From Candidatus Saccharimonadota bacterium (lineage in GTDB: Bacteria > Patescibacteriota > Saccharimonadia > Saccharimonadales > UBA4665): 32,000 bases of DNA. How positions within the stretch are numbered: position 1 is the first letter of the stretch; each line of letters begins with the position of its first letter. Below the pieces are notes generated by a model, which had not been told where the DNA came from, did no database searches, and worked only from the letters and a program-made list of their open reading frames with translations. Where the stretch lies: positions 210,001 to 242,000 of the forward strand of contig CP023991.1 in the NCBI GenBank assembly GCA_003516025.1, given 5' to 3'. The position numbers and the translations under genes are program-made. This document shows positions 1-7,876 of the stretch, piece after piece.

Positions 1-8
1 AAGACCGT

Positions 9-1202
9 ATGAAAGCAGTTACCTGGCAAGCCAAACGAACAGTAAGCGTTGAGGAAGTGCCTGACCCGCAGCTTCTGGAGTCCACTGACGCTATTATTAA
101 GATTACCTCGACGGCAATTTGCGGCTCGGATCTCCATCTGTACGAAGTTATGACGCCGTTTATGGAAAAAGGCGACATTATGGGCCACGAACCGATGGGC
201 ATCGTACAGGAAGTGGGCAGTGCTGTTACGAATGTAAAACCGGGTGACCGGGTGGTCATTCCATTCAACATCGCCTGCGGCGAATGCGCTATGTGCCTCA
301 GGGGTTTGACGACACAATGCGAAACGACCCAGGTCCGCGAGCATGATCGTGGCGCCGCGCTTTTTGGTTATACCAAGCTCTACGGGCACGTTCCCGGCGG
401 CCAGGCGGAATACCTGCGGGTACCGCACGCTAACTTTATGGCAAAAAAGGTTCCTGATGGTCCTTCGGATGACCGTTTCCTCTACCTGTCCGATGTATTG
501 CCTACAGCATGGCAAGCTGTGAAATACGCCAACATTCCCGAAAATGGAACTGTGGTAGTGATCGGCCTCGGCCCAATTGGTGAAATGGCTACCCGCATTG
601 CCCAGCAGCAGGGCGCTGAAACGGTTATCGGTATTGATCTGGTGCCGGAACGTTTGGCGCGAACAGCCGCCCATGGTGTCATTCCGGTTGATATTCGCGA
701 GTTTGAAGGCGACCAGCAAAAACTGGCCCAGTTTATTCGTGAAAAACTTGGTGGTAACGGGCCTGCAGCGGTCATTGAAGCCGTCGGCATGGAAGCGCAT
801 GGTTCCCCGAACGTTAAGCTGGTACAACAGCTAACGGGAATGTTGCCTGATGCGGCAGCTCAAAAAGTATTCACTACAGCCGGTATGGACCGCCTCTTCG
901 CGCTGCATAGCGCCATCGAACTGGTTGGCCGTGGCGGAACGCTGTCAATTTCCGGCGTCTATGCCGGGCAGGCTGATCCGATTTCTCTGGACGCTTTGTT
1001 CGACAAGCAAGTCACTGTACGCATGGGCCAGGCTAACGCGCCGTTTTGGACTCAGGAAATCCTGCCGTTACTAACTGACGACAACTTGTTCGACGTGGAT
1101 AACTTTGCTACCCACCACCTGTCTCTCGATGAGGCGCCTCATGCTTATGAGATCTTCCAGAAGAAAGAAGACAACGCCTTCAAGATTATATTAAAGCCGT
1201 AA
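9..1202 (+). CDS. Zn-dependent alcohol/formaldehyde dehydrogenase family protein (MDR superfamily)
   Basis: 397-aa ORF. Catalytic-Zn motifs CGSDLH and GHEPMG, structural-Zn Cys cluster CGECAMC, Rossmann GLGPIG. Confidence 0.9.
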   Translation: MKAVTWQAKRTVSVEEVPDPQLLESTDAIIKITSTAICGSDLHLYEVMTPFMEKGDIMGHEPMGIVQEVGSAVTNVKPGDRVVIPFNIACGECAMCLRGLTTQCETTQVREHDRGAALFGYTKLYGHVPGGQAEYLRVPHANFMAKKVPDGPSDDRFLYLSDVLPTAWQAVKYANIPENGTVVVIGLGPIGEMATRIAQQQGAETVIGIDLVPERLARTAAHGVIPVDIREFEGDQQKLAQFIREKLGGNGPAAVIEAVGMEAHGSPNVKLVQQLTGMLPDAAAQKVFTTAGMDRLFALHSAIELVGRGGTLSISGVYAGQADPISLDALFDKQVTVRMGQANAPFWTQEILPLLTDDNLFDVDNFATHHLSLDEAPHAYEIFQKKEDNAFKIILKP

Positions 1203-1212
1203 ATCTGATTGA

Positions 1213-1578
1213 TTAGGGCTTAAGCATACGTCCGGAGCGGCTTCCCAGCCAAAGGGAGCCGGCTCCAACGGCAAAATGGTAAACAATATCATAGTTGGTG
1301 AGTCCTGAAGGTAGCAGGCCGCCAACTTTTTTATCTACCAGTCCCGCTGAACCCATGGCGACATAAAATATGCCAACGCCCGTCAGTATTTTGCGGGTTG
1401 TTTTGAGGTCGGCTTGTGTCCCGGCGTATAAAAGCGCGGCGGTTAACGGCATGCGTAAAACGCTATGGTTAGTATCGACATTCAATAACTTGAGGAGATG
1501 TTTATTACGCGCTGTAAATCCCGCAAAAGTTAAAACAGATAAAAATCCACCCAGAAATACTGACGTTTGTTTTTCCAT
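1213..1578 (-). CDS. small integral membrane protein, function unknown
   Basis: 121-aa ORF with several hydrophobic segments. Strong SD (AAGGAG) 7 nt upstream of the ATG at 1578. Confidence 0.6.
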   Translation of the reverse strand: MEKQTSVFLGGFLSVLTFAGFTARNKHLLKLLNVDTNHSVLRMPLTAALLYAGTQADLKTTRKILTGVGIFYVAMGSAGLVDKKVGGLLPSGLTNYDIVYHFAVGAGSLWLGSRSGRMLKP

Positions 1579-1661
1579 GAAGTGCTCCTTGTTACTGTCA
1601 CTAGCTTACGGATTGTCTCATATATATTCAGTAAGATAATGCGCACGCCTAAAATAACAAA

Positions 1662-1683
1662 AGACACCGCAAGGGTGTCTTTT
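1662..1683 (-). terminator. hairpin terminator downstream of tRNA-His (potentially bidirectional)
   Basis: agacacc-gcaag-ggtgtct stem-loop flanked by an A-run on one side and a T-run on the other. Confidence 0.55.
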
Positions 1684-1696
1684 ACGTAAACGTTAC

Positions 1697-1774
1697 TGGG
1701 GCGAATAATGGGACTTGAACCCACGGCCTCCTGTGCCACAAACAGGCGCTCTAACCAACTGAGCTATATCCGCC
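1697..1774 (-). tRNA. tRNA-His (anticodon GTG)
   Basis: Hand-folded cloverleaf. Anticodon loop TTGTGGC, encoded G(-1) pairing with C73 (a His identity feature), T-loop TTCAAGT, encoded CCA. Confidence 0.9.
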
Positions 1775-1905
1775 ATACTGATTTGGAATCAATAAAACAG
1801 AGGTGATTATAGCGGAAAAACCGGCCATTTACAAGGCGGGACGAACTGTCTCATGACATCACGCGGGTTGTGGCGTATTATAGGCTTACATTCGAGGAGG
1901 AACCT

Positions 1906-2565
1906 ATGGCAGCAAGTGATAAATTTCCGATACCACTGAGAACGGCATTGCAGCGGCGCACTACATCCCACAAAGAGTATGATGTCATGCCTTCGCCCCT
2001 TGATGGAGTCAGCATACGAACAGAGCGCGGTGTACAGCCGGAAATGTCGGTCCGCGAAATGGCGCGTTATGCCCGTACGGCCGCCACCTGGCGCGCCCGG
2101 AAAAAATTTGTTGATTTCCTGAGCGGTTATCAGGCCAGGCGTGAAGTATATCTTAAGCAAACAAGCCGTGAGAAAAACGGCCTGCGCGGTATCGTCGCCG
2201 ATGACGGCAATACGGTGGTCAGCGTACATCCCCAGACTAAAATCGAATGGAACGATAAAGGGTTGCAGGATGTCCTCGGGCCGGCGGCGTATCCGGAAGT
2301 CGTCAGCCGCGACCTGGAGCTGACATTTACTATCCCTATGGGCCGCGAAACCACATTAGGCCCGATGAATGTGGAGCTGGCTGATACGTTGGCCCGCCTA
2401 GCGTTCCGCGGGGTCGGATTCTCCGAAGAGGAGCTCGAAACACTGGTAAAATCCAAGACAATCGTTCGCGTTGACGAAGACAAACTGCAGGATATGGTAG
2501 CGTCTGGCCAGGTTACTGACGTTGAACCTGCCGGCGAGGCCACCGAGACCTGGGTGATTAAGTAA
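1906..2565 (+). CDS. hypothetical protein
   Basis: ORF in frame with the track ORF 1870-2565. The ATG at 1906 follows GAGGAGG (1894-1900), so it is preferred over the GTG at 1870. No family recognised. Confidence 0.6.
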   Translation: MAASDKFPIPLRTALQRRTTSHKEYDVMPSPLDGVSIRTERGVQPEMSVREMARYARTAATWRARKKFVDFLSGYQARREVYLKQTSREKNGLRGIVADDGNTVVSVHPQTKIEWNDKGLQDVLGPAAYPEVVSRDLELTFTIPMGRETTLGPMNVELADTLARLAFRGVGFSEEELETLVKSKTIVRVDEDKLQDMVASGQVTDVEPAGEATETWVIK

Positions 2566-3091
2566 GCAGGGTGGCCAGAGCTTGAGCCGCTTTGGCCCGG
2601 TGGCTGATACTGTTTTTGACCTTTAGGCCGAGCTCCGACATAGTTTTATCGTAACCATCGGGAATAATAACAAAATCGAAGCCGAAACCTTCGCCTTCGC
2701 GCGGGGCGACGACGGTTCCTTCCAATACGCCATCTACAGTATGTTCGGTCGTACCGTCGTAATAACCCATCGTACAAACAACCCGTACGCGGCCCTCTCC
2801 GGCTAACTTGTAGAGAGCGCCCGTGCCAAGCTTTTGTTCGAAGAACTTCACGAACGGGCCGGGCAGGCCGTTAAGCTTTTCGAGTTCGGCGGATACGTCT
2901 TCGACAATAACCGGGCCGTGTACTTGGGCGTATGCCTGTTGCAATTTATGTCTGACTATCTCATGCACATCCAGGCTTTGGATCTCGTCCATATCAAGTT
3001 TTTGGGACGTTAAACGAAGCGAAGCAGGAAAGACTTTCTCAAGCTCGGCGAGTTTATGAGGATTTCCGGTAACGAGGGTGATAGTTTGCAT
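2558..3091 (-). CDS. rdgB: non-canonical purine NTP pyrophosphatase (RdgB/HAM1 family)
   Basis: 177 aa. N-terminal TGNPHK motif and C-terminal FGFDFVIIP...SHR motifs typical of ITPase/RdgB. Confidence 0.9.
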   Translation of the reverse strand: MQTITLVTGNPHKLAELEKVFPASLRLTSQKLDMDEIQSLDVHEIVRHKLQQAYAQVHGPVIVEDVSAELEKLNGLPGPFVKFFEQKLGTGALYKLAGEGRVRVVCTMGYYDGTTEHTVDGVLEGTVVAPREGEGFGFDFVIIPDGYDKTMSELGLKVKNSISHRAKAAQALATLLT

Positions 3092-3108
3092 GTCACCAAT
3101 ATAACAGA

Positions 3109-3579
3109 CTACTTATCTAGTCGCTTCAACAAGAGGTATATGAAATATCCAACCAAGGCACCGGATGTGTTGGCGACCAGATCCCAACTGGTATCGCTGA
3201 GGGCAATGCGCGTTAAGCCGAGCTTCGTCACCGCGAATTCAGCTAACTCATTGAGCACGCCAAGCGCCGACGCCCAGGCAAACAGGCCGAACAAGGCAAC
3301 TGGCCACTTCGGCCGCCAGCCGAACAATTGGACGAGATAGACGTAGAGTGTAGCGGTATATAAGCCGCCACCGACAAAATGTTCCTGGAACGTCTTAGTT
3401 TCGGTCGTTAGGTGAATATCGGGCAGATACAGGGCAGATACGTATAAAACAGCCGCTAAAACCGGTAGCCAGGCCGGTGCGGACTGCAAGTGCCAACCGT
3501 AGCGTCCGGCCAGCTTGCGCATAATAAAAGGCAGTAGGGCGGTGACGAGCGTGATGGTGCCGGCAATGACGAAGAACAT
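3109..3579 (-). CDS. VanZ-like membrane protein
   Basis: 156 aa with 4-5 TM segments. C-terminal D-x3-N-x2-G-x3-G pattern (DLVANTSGALVG) as in the VanZ family. Lies 17 bp upstream of rdgB on the same strand. Confidence 0.55.
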   Translation of the reverse strand: MFFVIAGTITLVTALLPFIMRKLAGRYGWHLQSAPAWLPVLAAVLYVSALYLPDIHLTTETKTFQEHFVGGGLYTATLYVYLVQLFGWRPKWPVALFGLFAWASALGVLNELAEFAVTKLGLTRIALSDTSWDLVANTSGALVGYFIYLLLKRLDK

Positions 3580-3693
3580 ATAGTAATTATAGGGTAATCT
3601 TTGCCAGTATCCTTGTCATGGCATCCTCGGCGTTATAAGGCTATGCTTAAATATCAAATAAAGAAGACACAACCAGAGTAACCATTAACGTTG

Positions 3694-3770
3694 TGGTGCC
3701 CCGGGCTGGATTCGAACCAGCGACCTTAGGCTTAGAAGTCCTCTGCTCTATCCGGCTGAGCTACCAGGGC
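3694..3770 (-). tRNA. tRNA-Arg (anticodon TCT)
   Basis: 77-nt cloverleaf folded by hand. Loop CTTCTAA, T-loop TTCGAAT, encoded CCA. The anticodon stem has only three Watson-Crick pairs (G27/A43 and A31/G39 are mismatched). Confidence 0.8.
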
Positions 3771-3783
3771 AAAAAGTACAAAA

Positions 3784-3858
3784 TGGTGCGGGATACCAGA
3801 GTCGAACTGGTCTCTCGAGTTTGGAAAACTCACATATTAACCGATATACGAATCCCGC
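3784..3858 (-). tRNA. tRNA-Gly (anticodon TCC)
   Basis: 75-nt cloverleaf. Loop TTTCCAA, T-loop TTCGACT, encoded CCA. Confidence 0.9.
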
Positions 3859-3881
3859 GTATGTATGCTGGAACAGAGGCG

Positions 3882-3890
3882 ATTATAGCA
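3882..3890 (-). promoter_or_regulatory. extended -10 element (TGCTATAAT) upstream of the tRNA-Gly/tRNA-Arg pair
   Basis: TGnTATAAT read on the minus strand, about 24 nt upstream of the tRNA-Gly 5' end. Confidence 0.5.
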
Positions 3891-3950
3891 GTAATTACGT
3901 CTAAATCCTAGTGCGGCCCAGTCCCCATGAAGAGGACCGGGTGTGGGAGT

Positions 3951-6704
3951 TTAGCGCTGTGCCTGAACGTCAGCCAGGGCATCTTTATAGGTTTTGACTG
4001 TCAAGCCGCTGGCTTTGAGGGCGGCCATCTGCTGCTTAAAGTCGTTGGTAAAGCTGCCATAGGGAGATGGATCCGTGTTTACGACGTCATGGTAGACAAG
4101 TATCAGCCAGGTATTGTCGGCTTTGGCCTGATTCAACCAGCCCTGAAATTCAGCCAGAGTGGTGGCTGGCGTCATATTTTGGACACGCAGGCGGTAGGGG
4201 TCAAGGTTGTCCTTGCTGTTGTAGCCTTCATCGGTGGTGCGGTGTGACTGGTAGTATTTCTTAATCTCCGTGTTAACGCTTTCGCTGTAGTCTCCATATG
4301 GAGAAGCGAAGTCTACGATTGGCATGCCGGTCAGTTGTTCCAGATAAGCTTTTGAATTGGCAAGTTCCTGGTCAACTTGAGCAGTGGTTAACTGGCTCAG
4401 GAAAGGATGGCTGACGGTATGGGAGCAAATTTCGTGGCCGGTACTGATGAAGGCATTCAGGCTCTTTTTGGCAGTAGCTGGATCATTCTTAAGGTCAACA
4501 GTTTCGTAGCATTGAGTGGTCTTGAATCCGTACTGGTTTAAGACAGGCAAAGCATTAGTCACGTTGGCTTCATAGCCATCATCGAAGGTAAGACTCACCA
4601 AAGGCTGGTTCCAGCCGGTCGGCTGATAGCCGGTGAGGTTCTGATCGTCAACCTGCAACCAACCATTTCCAGCAATGAACAGGAATACTGTTACGCTGGC
4701 CGCGTCACTTGGCACTATAAAGGTGTCGGAGTAGTAGGTCCAGTTAGTAGCGCTGTTAGCAGCAGGAAAGGGTTGCGGCATACCAAAGAATGCTTCAGTG
4801 CCATCCGCGCGAGTGAACATAGCGACCGCCTGTACGTGAGCGTTAGTCTTATACCAGGTGCTCCAGCGGTACTGCTTGCCATGCTCGAGGGAAGTGATTG
4901 GGTTGAAGAACCACTTGGCGTCACCATCGGTGTAGTTTGATACTGTCAGCTTCGCGCTCTTAGTACCAGTATGACCTTCGTTAACGTACTGGAAATTAGT
5001 CGTGTTAGTGCCCCATTTGCTGGACGTCCAGTTAGCGGGTTGGGTACCGCTGGCAGTCTCCAGAGAGGCGTTAACAATAGGGTTACTGGTAGTCGGTGCC
5101 GTAAACAGGGCTACATTGGCATCATCAATTTCCAGCCAGCCTACTGAGTTTACCAGGTGGTAAACGGTCATGGAGGCGGTATTCGCTTTAGTTGTGATAG
5201 CGAATTCAGCAGGCGTCCAGGTCGCTGCGGCTGGCAGCGTACCAAGATCAACATAGCTGAGCGCGCCAGCAGTGTCTTTCATTTCAACTACCACATTGGT
5301 AGTAACGCTGGAACGATAACTATTAGTAAATGTATACTGCGTGTTTGCCTTGACGGTAACCGGGTTGAAGAACCACTTGGCGTCACCATCGGTGTAAGCG
5401 GTTATCTCTGTGCGTACAGCACGGCTGCTCATGTTACCGGCTACTGGATAGGTAAATTTACTCGTGTTAGTGCCCCAGGCGTTGTTTTGCCATTGATCCG
5501 GCTTAGCTGTCGTGGTTGGGTCGGCAGTTTCAACCGAAGAGTTACTGACAAGTCCAGGATTTGTTTCCGGAGCGGTAACTGGGTTGACTACGTTTACGGT
5601 AACAGTACTGCTGGCAGTAACATTAGCCGTGTTGCGTACGACCGCGGAAATCGTGTATTGGCCATCACCAATTTGAGTCGTATCCCAATTAATGCTGTAA
5701 GGCGCGGTCGTATCTTCAGCGCCCATAGTGACGTTGTTGAGCTTGAAAGTTACGCCGGCAACTCCCTTTACGTCTGTGGCGTTAGCAGTTATGACGGTGG
5801 TCTTATTAACGGTGGTATCGTTGGCAGGGGAGGTAATAGCGATCGTTGGTGGCGTAGCGGCGACAGCATTGGCGACTTTAAAAGTGATACCCGTGCTGGT
5901 TGCCGAAGCGTTCAAGGAGTTACGGACAGTTGCCGTAACGGCATGGTTGCCGTCGGTGACTTTAGTGGAATCCCAGGTGGTGGTATAGGGTGCGTTAGTA
6001 ATTTCAGGGCCAACGTTAGCGCCGTCAATCTTAAACTGTACGCCGCTGACCGTACCGGAACCGCCGTCGACAGTCGCGCTTAAGGTAGCTGTTTTGCTGA
6101 CTGTAGCATTAGCAGCTGGCGCGGCGATACTAACAGTAGGAGCTTTTACTACGGGAGCATTATCGGTCAGGCTGAAATCATCAGTTTGCAGCCAGCCGAC
6201 TTTATTGATCAGGTGGAATACTGTCATGGCTTTTACATTGGCAGGCGTCGTAAAGGTGACCGACTTCTGTTGCCATTTAGTAGCGCTGGCTGATACGGTT
6301 GCCAGGTCGGCGTAACTTAACGCGCCGGTTGTGCTGACGTACTGCGCGGTCATCTTGGTCTGTACGTTAGATTTAGACCAGGCAGAAAAGGTGTACTTGG
6401 TATTTGGCTTAACTGCCACATCATCGAACGCCCACTTGGCGTCACCGTTTTTGTGGGAAGTAGTTTTAACGTACACGCTGGTCTTATCGTCGTGTCCATC
6501 GTTAGTCTTGTAGGTGAGGGTAGTGGTATTGTTACCCCATTTGTCCTTTGACCAGTTAGCTGGCAGCGCTTTATTGCTTGCGCTGGCACTCGCCACCGTT
6601 GGGTTAATAATAAGGTTAGTAGCGTCGGCCTGAACTGGCGTGAACCCACTAATGAGCGAACCTACGAGGGCGACAATTGCTGATATGGCGGCAATAAGTT
6701 TCAT
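3951..6704 (-). CDS. secreted multidomain polysaccharide deacetylase (CBM-like x3, Ig-like x2, C-terminal NodB/CE4 domain)
   Basis: 917 aa. N-terminal signal peptide (…VQA). Three repeats with the GDAKW(F/A)F pattern, two Ig-like repeats (…TAPYxxxWDT…DG…), and a C-terminal TFDDG plus HTVSHP NodB motif pair. Confidence 0.85.
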   Translation of the reverse strand: MKLIAAISAIVALVGSLISGFTPVQADATNLIINPTVASASASNKALPANWSKDKWGNNTTTLTYKTNDGHDDKTSVYVKTTSHKNGDAKWAFDDVAVKPNTKYTFSAWSKSNVQTKMTAQYVSTTGALSYADLATVSASATKWQQKSVTFTTPANVKAMTVFHLINKVGWLQTDDFSLTDNAPVVKAPTVSIAAPAANATVSKTATLSATVDGGSGTVSGVQFKIDGANVGPEITNAPYTTTWDSTKVTDGNHAVTATVRNSLNASATSTGITFKVANAVAATPPTIAITSPANDTTVNKTTVITANATDVKGVAGVTFKLNNVTMGAEDTTAPYSINWDTTQIGDGQYTISAVVRNTANVTASSTVTVNVVNPVTAPETNPGLVSNSSVETADPTTTAKPDQWQNNAWGTNTSKFTYPVAGNMSSRAVRTEITAYTDGDAKWFFNPVTVKANTQYTFTNSYRSSVTTNVVVEMKDTAGALSYVDLGTLPAAATWTPAEFAITTKANTASMTVYHLVNSVGWLEIDDANVALFTAPTTSNPIVNASLETASGTQPANWTSSKWGTNTTNFQYVNEGHTGTKSAKLTVSNYTDGDAKWFFNPITSLEHGKQYRWSTWYKTNAHVQAVAMFTRADGTEAFFGMPQPFPAANSATNWTYYSDTFIVPSDAASVTVFLFIAGNGWLQVDDQNLTGYQPTGWNQPLVSLTFDDGYEANVTNALPVLNQYGFKTTQCYETVDLKNDPATAKKSLNAFISTGHEICSHTVSHPFLSQLTTAQVDQELANSKAYLEQLTGMPIVDFASPYGDYSESVNTEIKKYYQSHRTTDEGYNSKDNLDPYRLRVQNMTPATTLAEFQGWLNQAKADNTWLILVYHDVVNTDPSPYGSFTNDFKQQMAALKASGLTVKTYKDALADVQAQR

Positions 6705-6734
6705 ATAACACCTTGCATCATTTAAATTGTTGCA

Positions 6735-6763
6735 ATTATACTAATAAATGGACAATTTGTCAA
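6735..6763 (-). promoter_or_regulatory. consensus sigma70-type promoter of the deacetylase gene
   Basis: TTGACA-17 nt-TATAAT read on the minus strand (-35 at 6763-6758, -10 at 6740-6735). An AAGGTG SD precedes the ATG at 6704. Confidence 0.75.
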
Positions 6764-6826
6764 CATGTGATTGTGTATGAGTTTTTTGAGTATATGTGCT
6801 TATGTATAAAACAATCTATAATATAC

Positions 6827-6855
6827 TTTACAAAATAGCATAAATAGTATACAAT
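6827..6855 (+). promoter_or_regulatory. sigma70-type promoter directed toward the LPSTG mini-gene and sortase
   Basis: TTTACA (6827-6832), 17-nt spacer, TACAAT (6850-6855). Confidence 0.6.
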
Positions 6856-6933
6856 GAATATGAATTTGGATGTGAGCCGATCCATAGACGCCATGTCTTA
6901 TGTGTGAGGTGGGAGCCAGATTTGTAAATGAGG

Positions 6934-6965
6934 GTGCGCTTGCTGTTATGCAAGGGCACTTTTTT
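6934..6965 (+). terminator. intrinsic-terminator-like hairpin in the leader (candidate attenuator)
   Basis: gtgcgcttgc / gcaagggcac: 10-bp stem with one mismatch, 6-nt loop, followed by TTTTTT. Ends 6 nt before the RBS of the 6984 gene. Confidence 0.55.
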
Positions 6966-6983
6966 AATACAAAGGAGAGGCAT

Positions 6984-7154
6984 ATGTACGGAAAAGGTCT
7001 TGGTACTGTTAACGCAGCTACCGGCATTTCTCTACTGCCAAGCACTGGTGATAATCACCTGTTGTTTGCTCTCGCTGCCGGTCTCTTGGTAAGTGGTCTG
7101 GTCATTCTGACCGTATCAATTGTCATGGGCCGCAAGGGCACTCAAACAAACTAG
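6984..7154 (+). CDS. 56-aa protein consisting essentially of a cell-wall sorting signal (LPSTG, TM helix, basic tail)
   Basis: AAAGGAGAGG RBS 3-4 nt upstream of the ATG at 6984. Sequence MYGKGLGTVNAATGISL-LPSTG-DNHLLFALAAGLLVSGLVILTVSIVMG-RKGTQTN. A sortase gene lies immediately downstream. Confidence 0.65.
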   Translation: MYGKGLGTVNAATGISLLPSTGDNHLLFALAAGLLVSGLVILTVSIVMGRKGTQTN

Positions 7155-7242
7155 GTAACACACCTGGTAGCTATCAGTAGCTGTGTGCGGCGGTAACCGA
7201 TATGGTTGCCGCCGCTCGCACTTCAGTCGCCTCTTATGCTTT

Positions 7243-7818
7243 ATGAATCGTAAACTTCGCTTTTTTGCTTTTGCTCTTATTATAGCTGGCCTTTGTGGCT
7301 TAGCGCCGCTTGGCTATTTCTGGATGCACAGCCGCCAGGCCCTGGCCGCTCCTACCGTACAAGTTCCCGTTACGGTCCTGCCAGTAGCGCCTGAAGTTAT
7401 CTCCGGACACCCAATGCATCTGTCTATTCCAAGCGTTGGCGTTGACCTGGAAATCATTGACGGTACGTACAACGCTCAAACCGGCGCCTGGACCCTGACG
7501 ACGGATAAGGCGCAGTTCGCTACGCCTACCGTCGAGCCAAACAATTTTACCGGCAACACACTAGTCTATGGGCACTATCGCAAAAACGTTTTCTCATCGT
7601 TGCATACTATTCAGCCTGGCGCACAGGCTGTCATAACGACCGATAACGGCTATACGTTTACCTATACCTACACCAGCAATGAAACCGTCGACCCGGCCGA
7701 CACCAGCGTATTTTTGTACAAAGGCGCTCCACGGTTAACCGTACAGACCTGCACCGGCGCATTCTTCCAGAACCGCCAGATGTTTTACTTCGAGTTTACA
7801 AGCTACCAGAAGCAGTAG
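7243..7818 (+). CDS. sortase family transpeptidase (class E/F-like)
   Basis: N-terminal membrane anchor. His (LVYGH), Cys (LTVQTCTG) and Arg (FQNRQ) catalytic triad. The ATG at 7243 is preferred over the Cys/Arg-rich extension from 7183. Confidence 0.85.
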   Translation: MNRKLRFFAFALIIAGLCGLAPLGYFWMHSRQALAAPTVQVPVTVLPVAPEVISGHPMHLSIPSVGVDLEIIDGTYNAQTGAWTLTTDKAQFATPTVEPNNFTGNTLVYGHYRKNVFSSLHTIQPGAQAVITTDNGYTFTYTYTSNETVDPADTSVFLYKGAPRLTVQTCTGAFFQNRQMFYFEFTSYQKQ

Positions 7819-7861
7819 TGTTTATTTATTCCGCAAGCTTAACTTAATTAGTACATTAAGC

Positions 7862-7869
7862 TATATAAT
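7862..7869 (+). promoter_or_regulatory. -10 box (TATATAAT) 7 nt upstream of the ATG at 7877, implying a leaderless or near-leaderless mRNA
   Basis: TATAAT at 7864-7869. TTAACT at 7839-7844 is a possible -35. No SD is present. Confidence 0.5.
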
Positions 7870-7876
7870 AGGCGCC

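Noticed and set aside
3693-3911. 72-aa plus-strand ORF
   Set aside because: It is a translation across the reverse complement of two tRNA genes (Arg-TCT and Gly-TCC).
5157-6083. 308-aa plus-strand ORF and other ORFs antisense to the deacetylase gene (3927-4247, 4067-4264, 5728-5988, 6094-6315, 6331-6513)
   Set aside because: They lie entirely inside a gene with a clear signal peptide, repeats and a NodB domain architecture on the opposite strand. Their products are G/R/S-rich with no recognisable domain.
6900-6983. Longer 84-aa version of the LPSTG mini-protein starting at 6900
   Set aside because: The extension runs through the leader terminator hairpin and has no RBS. The ATG at 6984 has a strong AAAGGAGAGG RBS.
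7183-7242. N-terminal extension of the sortase (MCGGNRYGCRRSHFSRLLCF)
   Set aside because: It is Cys/Arg-rich and unlike a signal anchor. The ATG at 7243 gives the typical basic residues plus a TM anchor (MNRKLRFFAFALIIAG).
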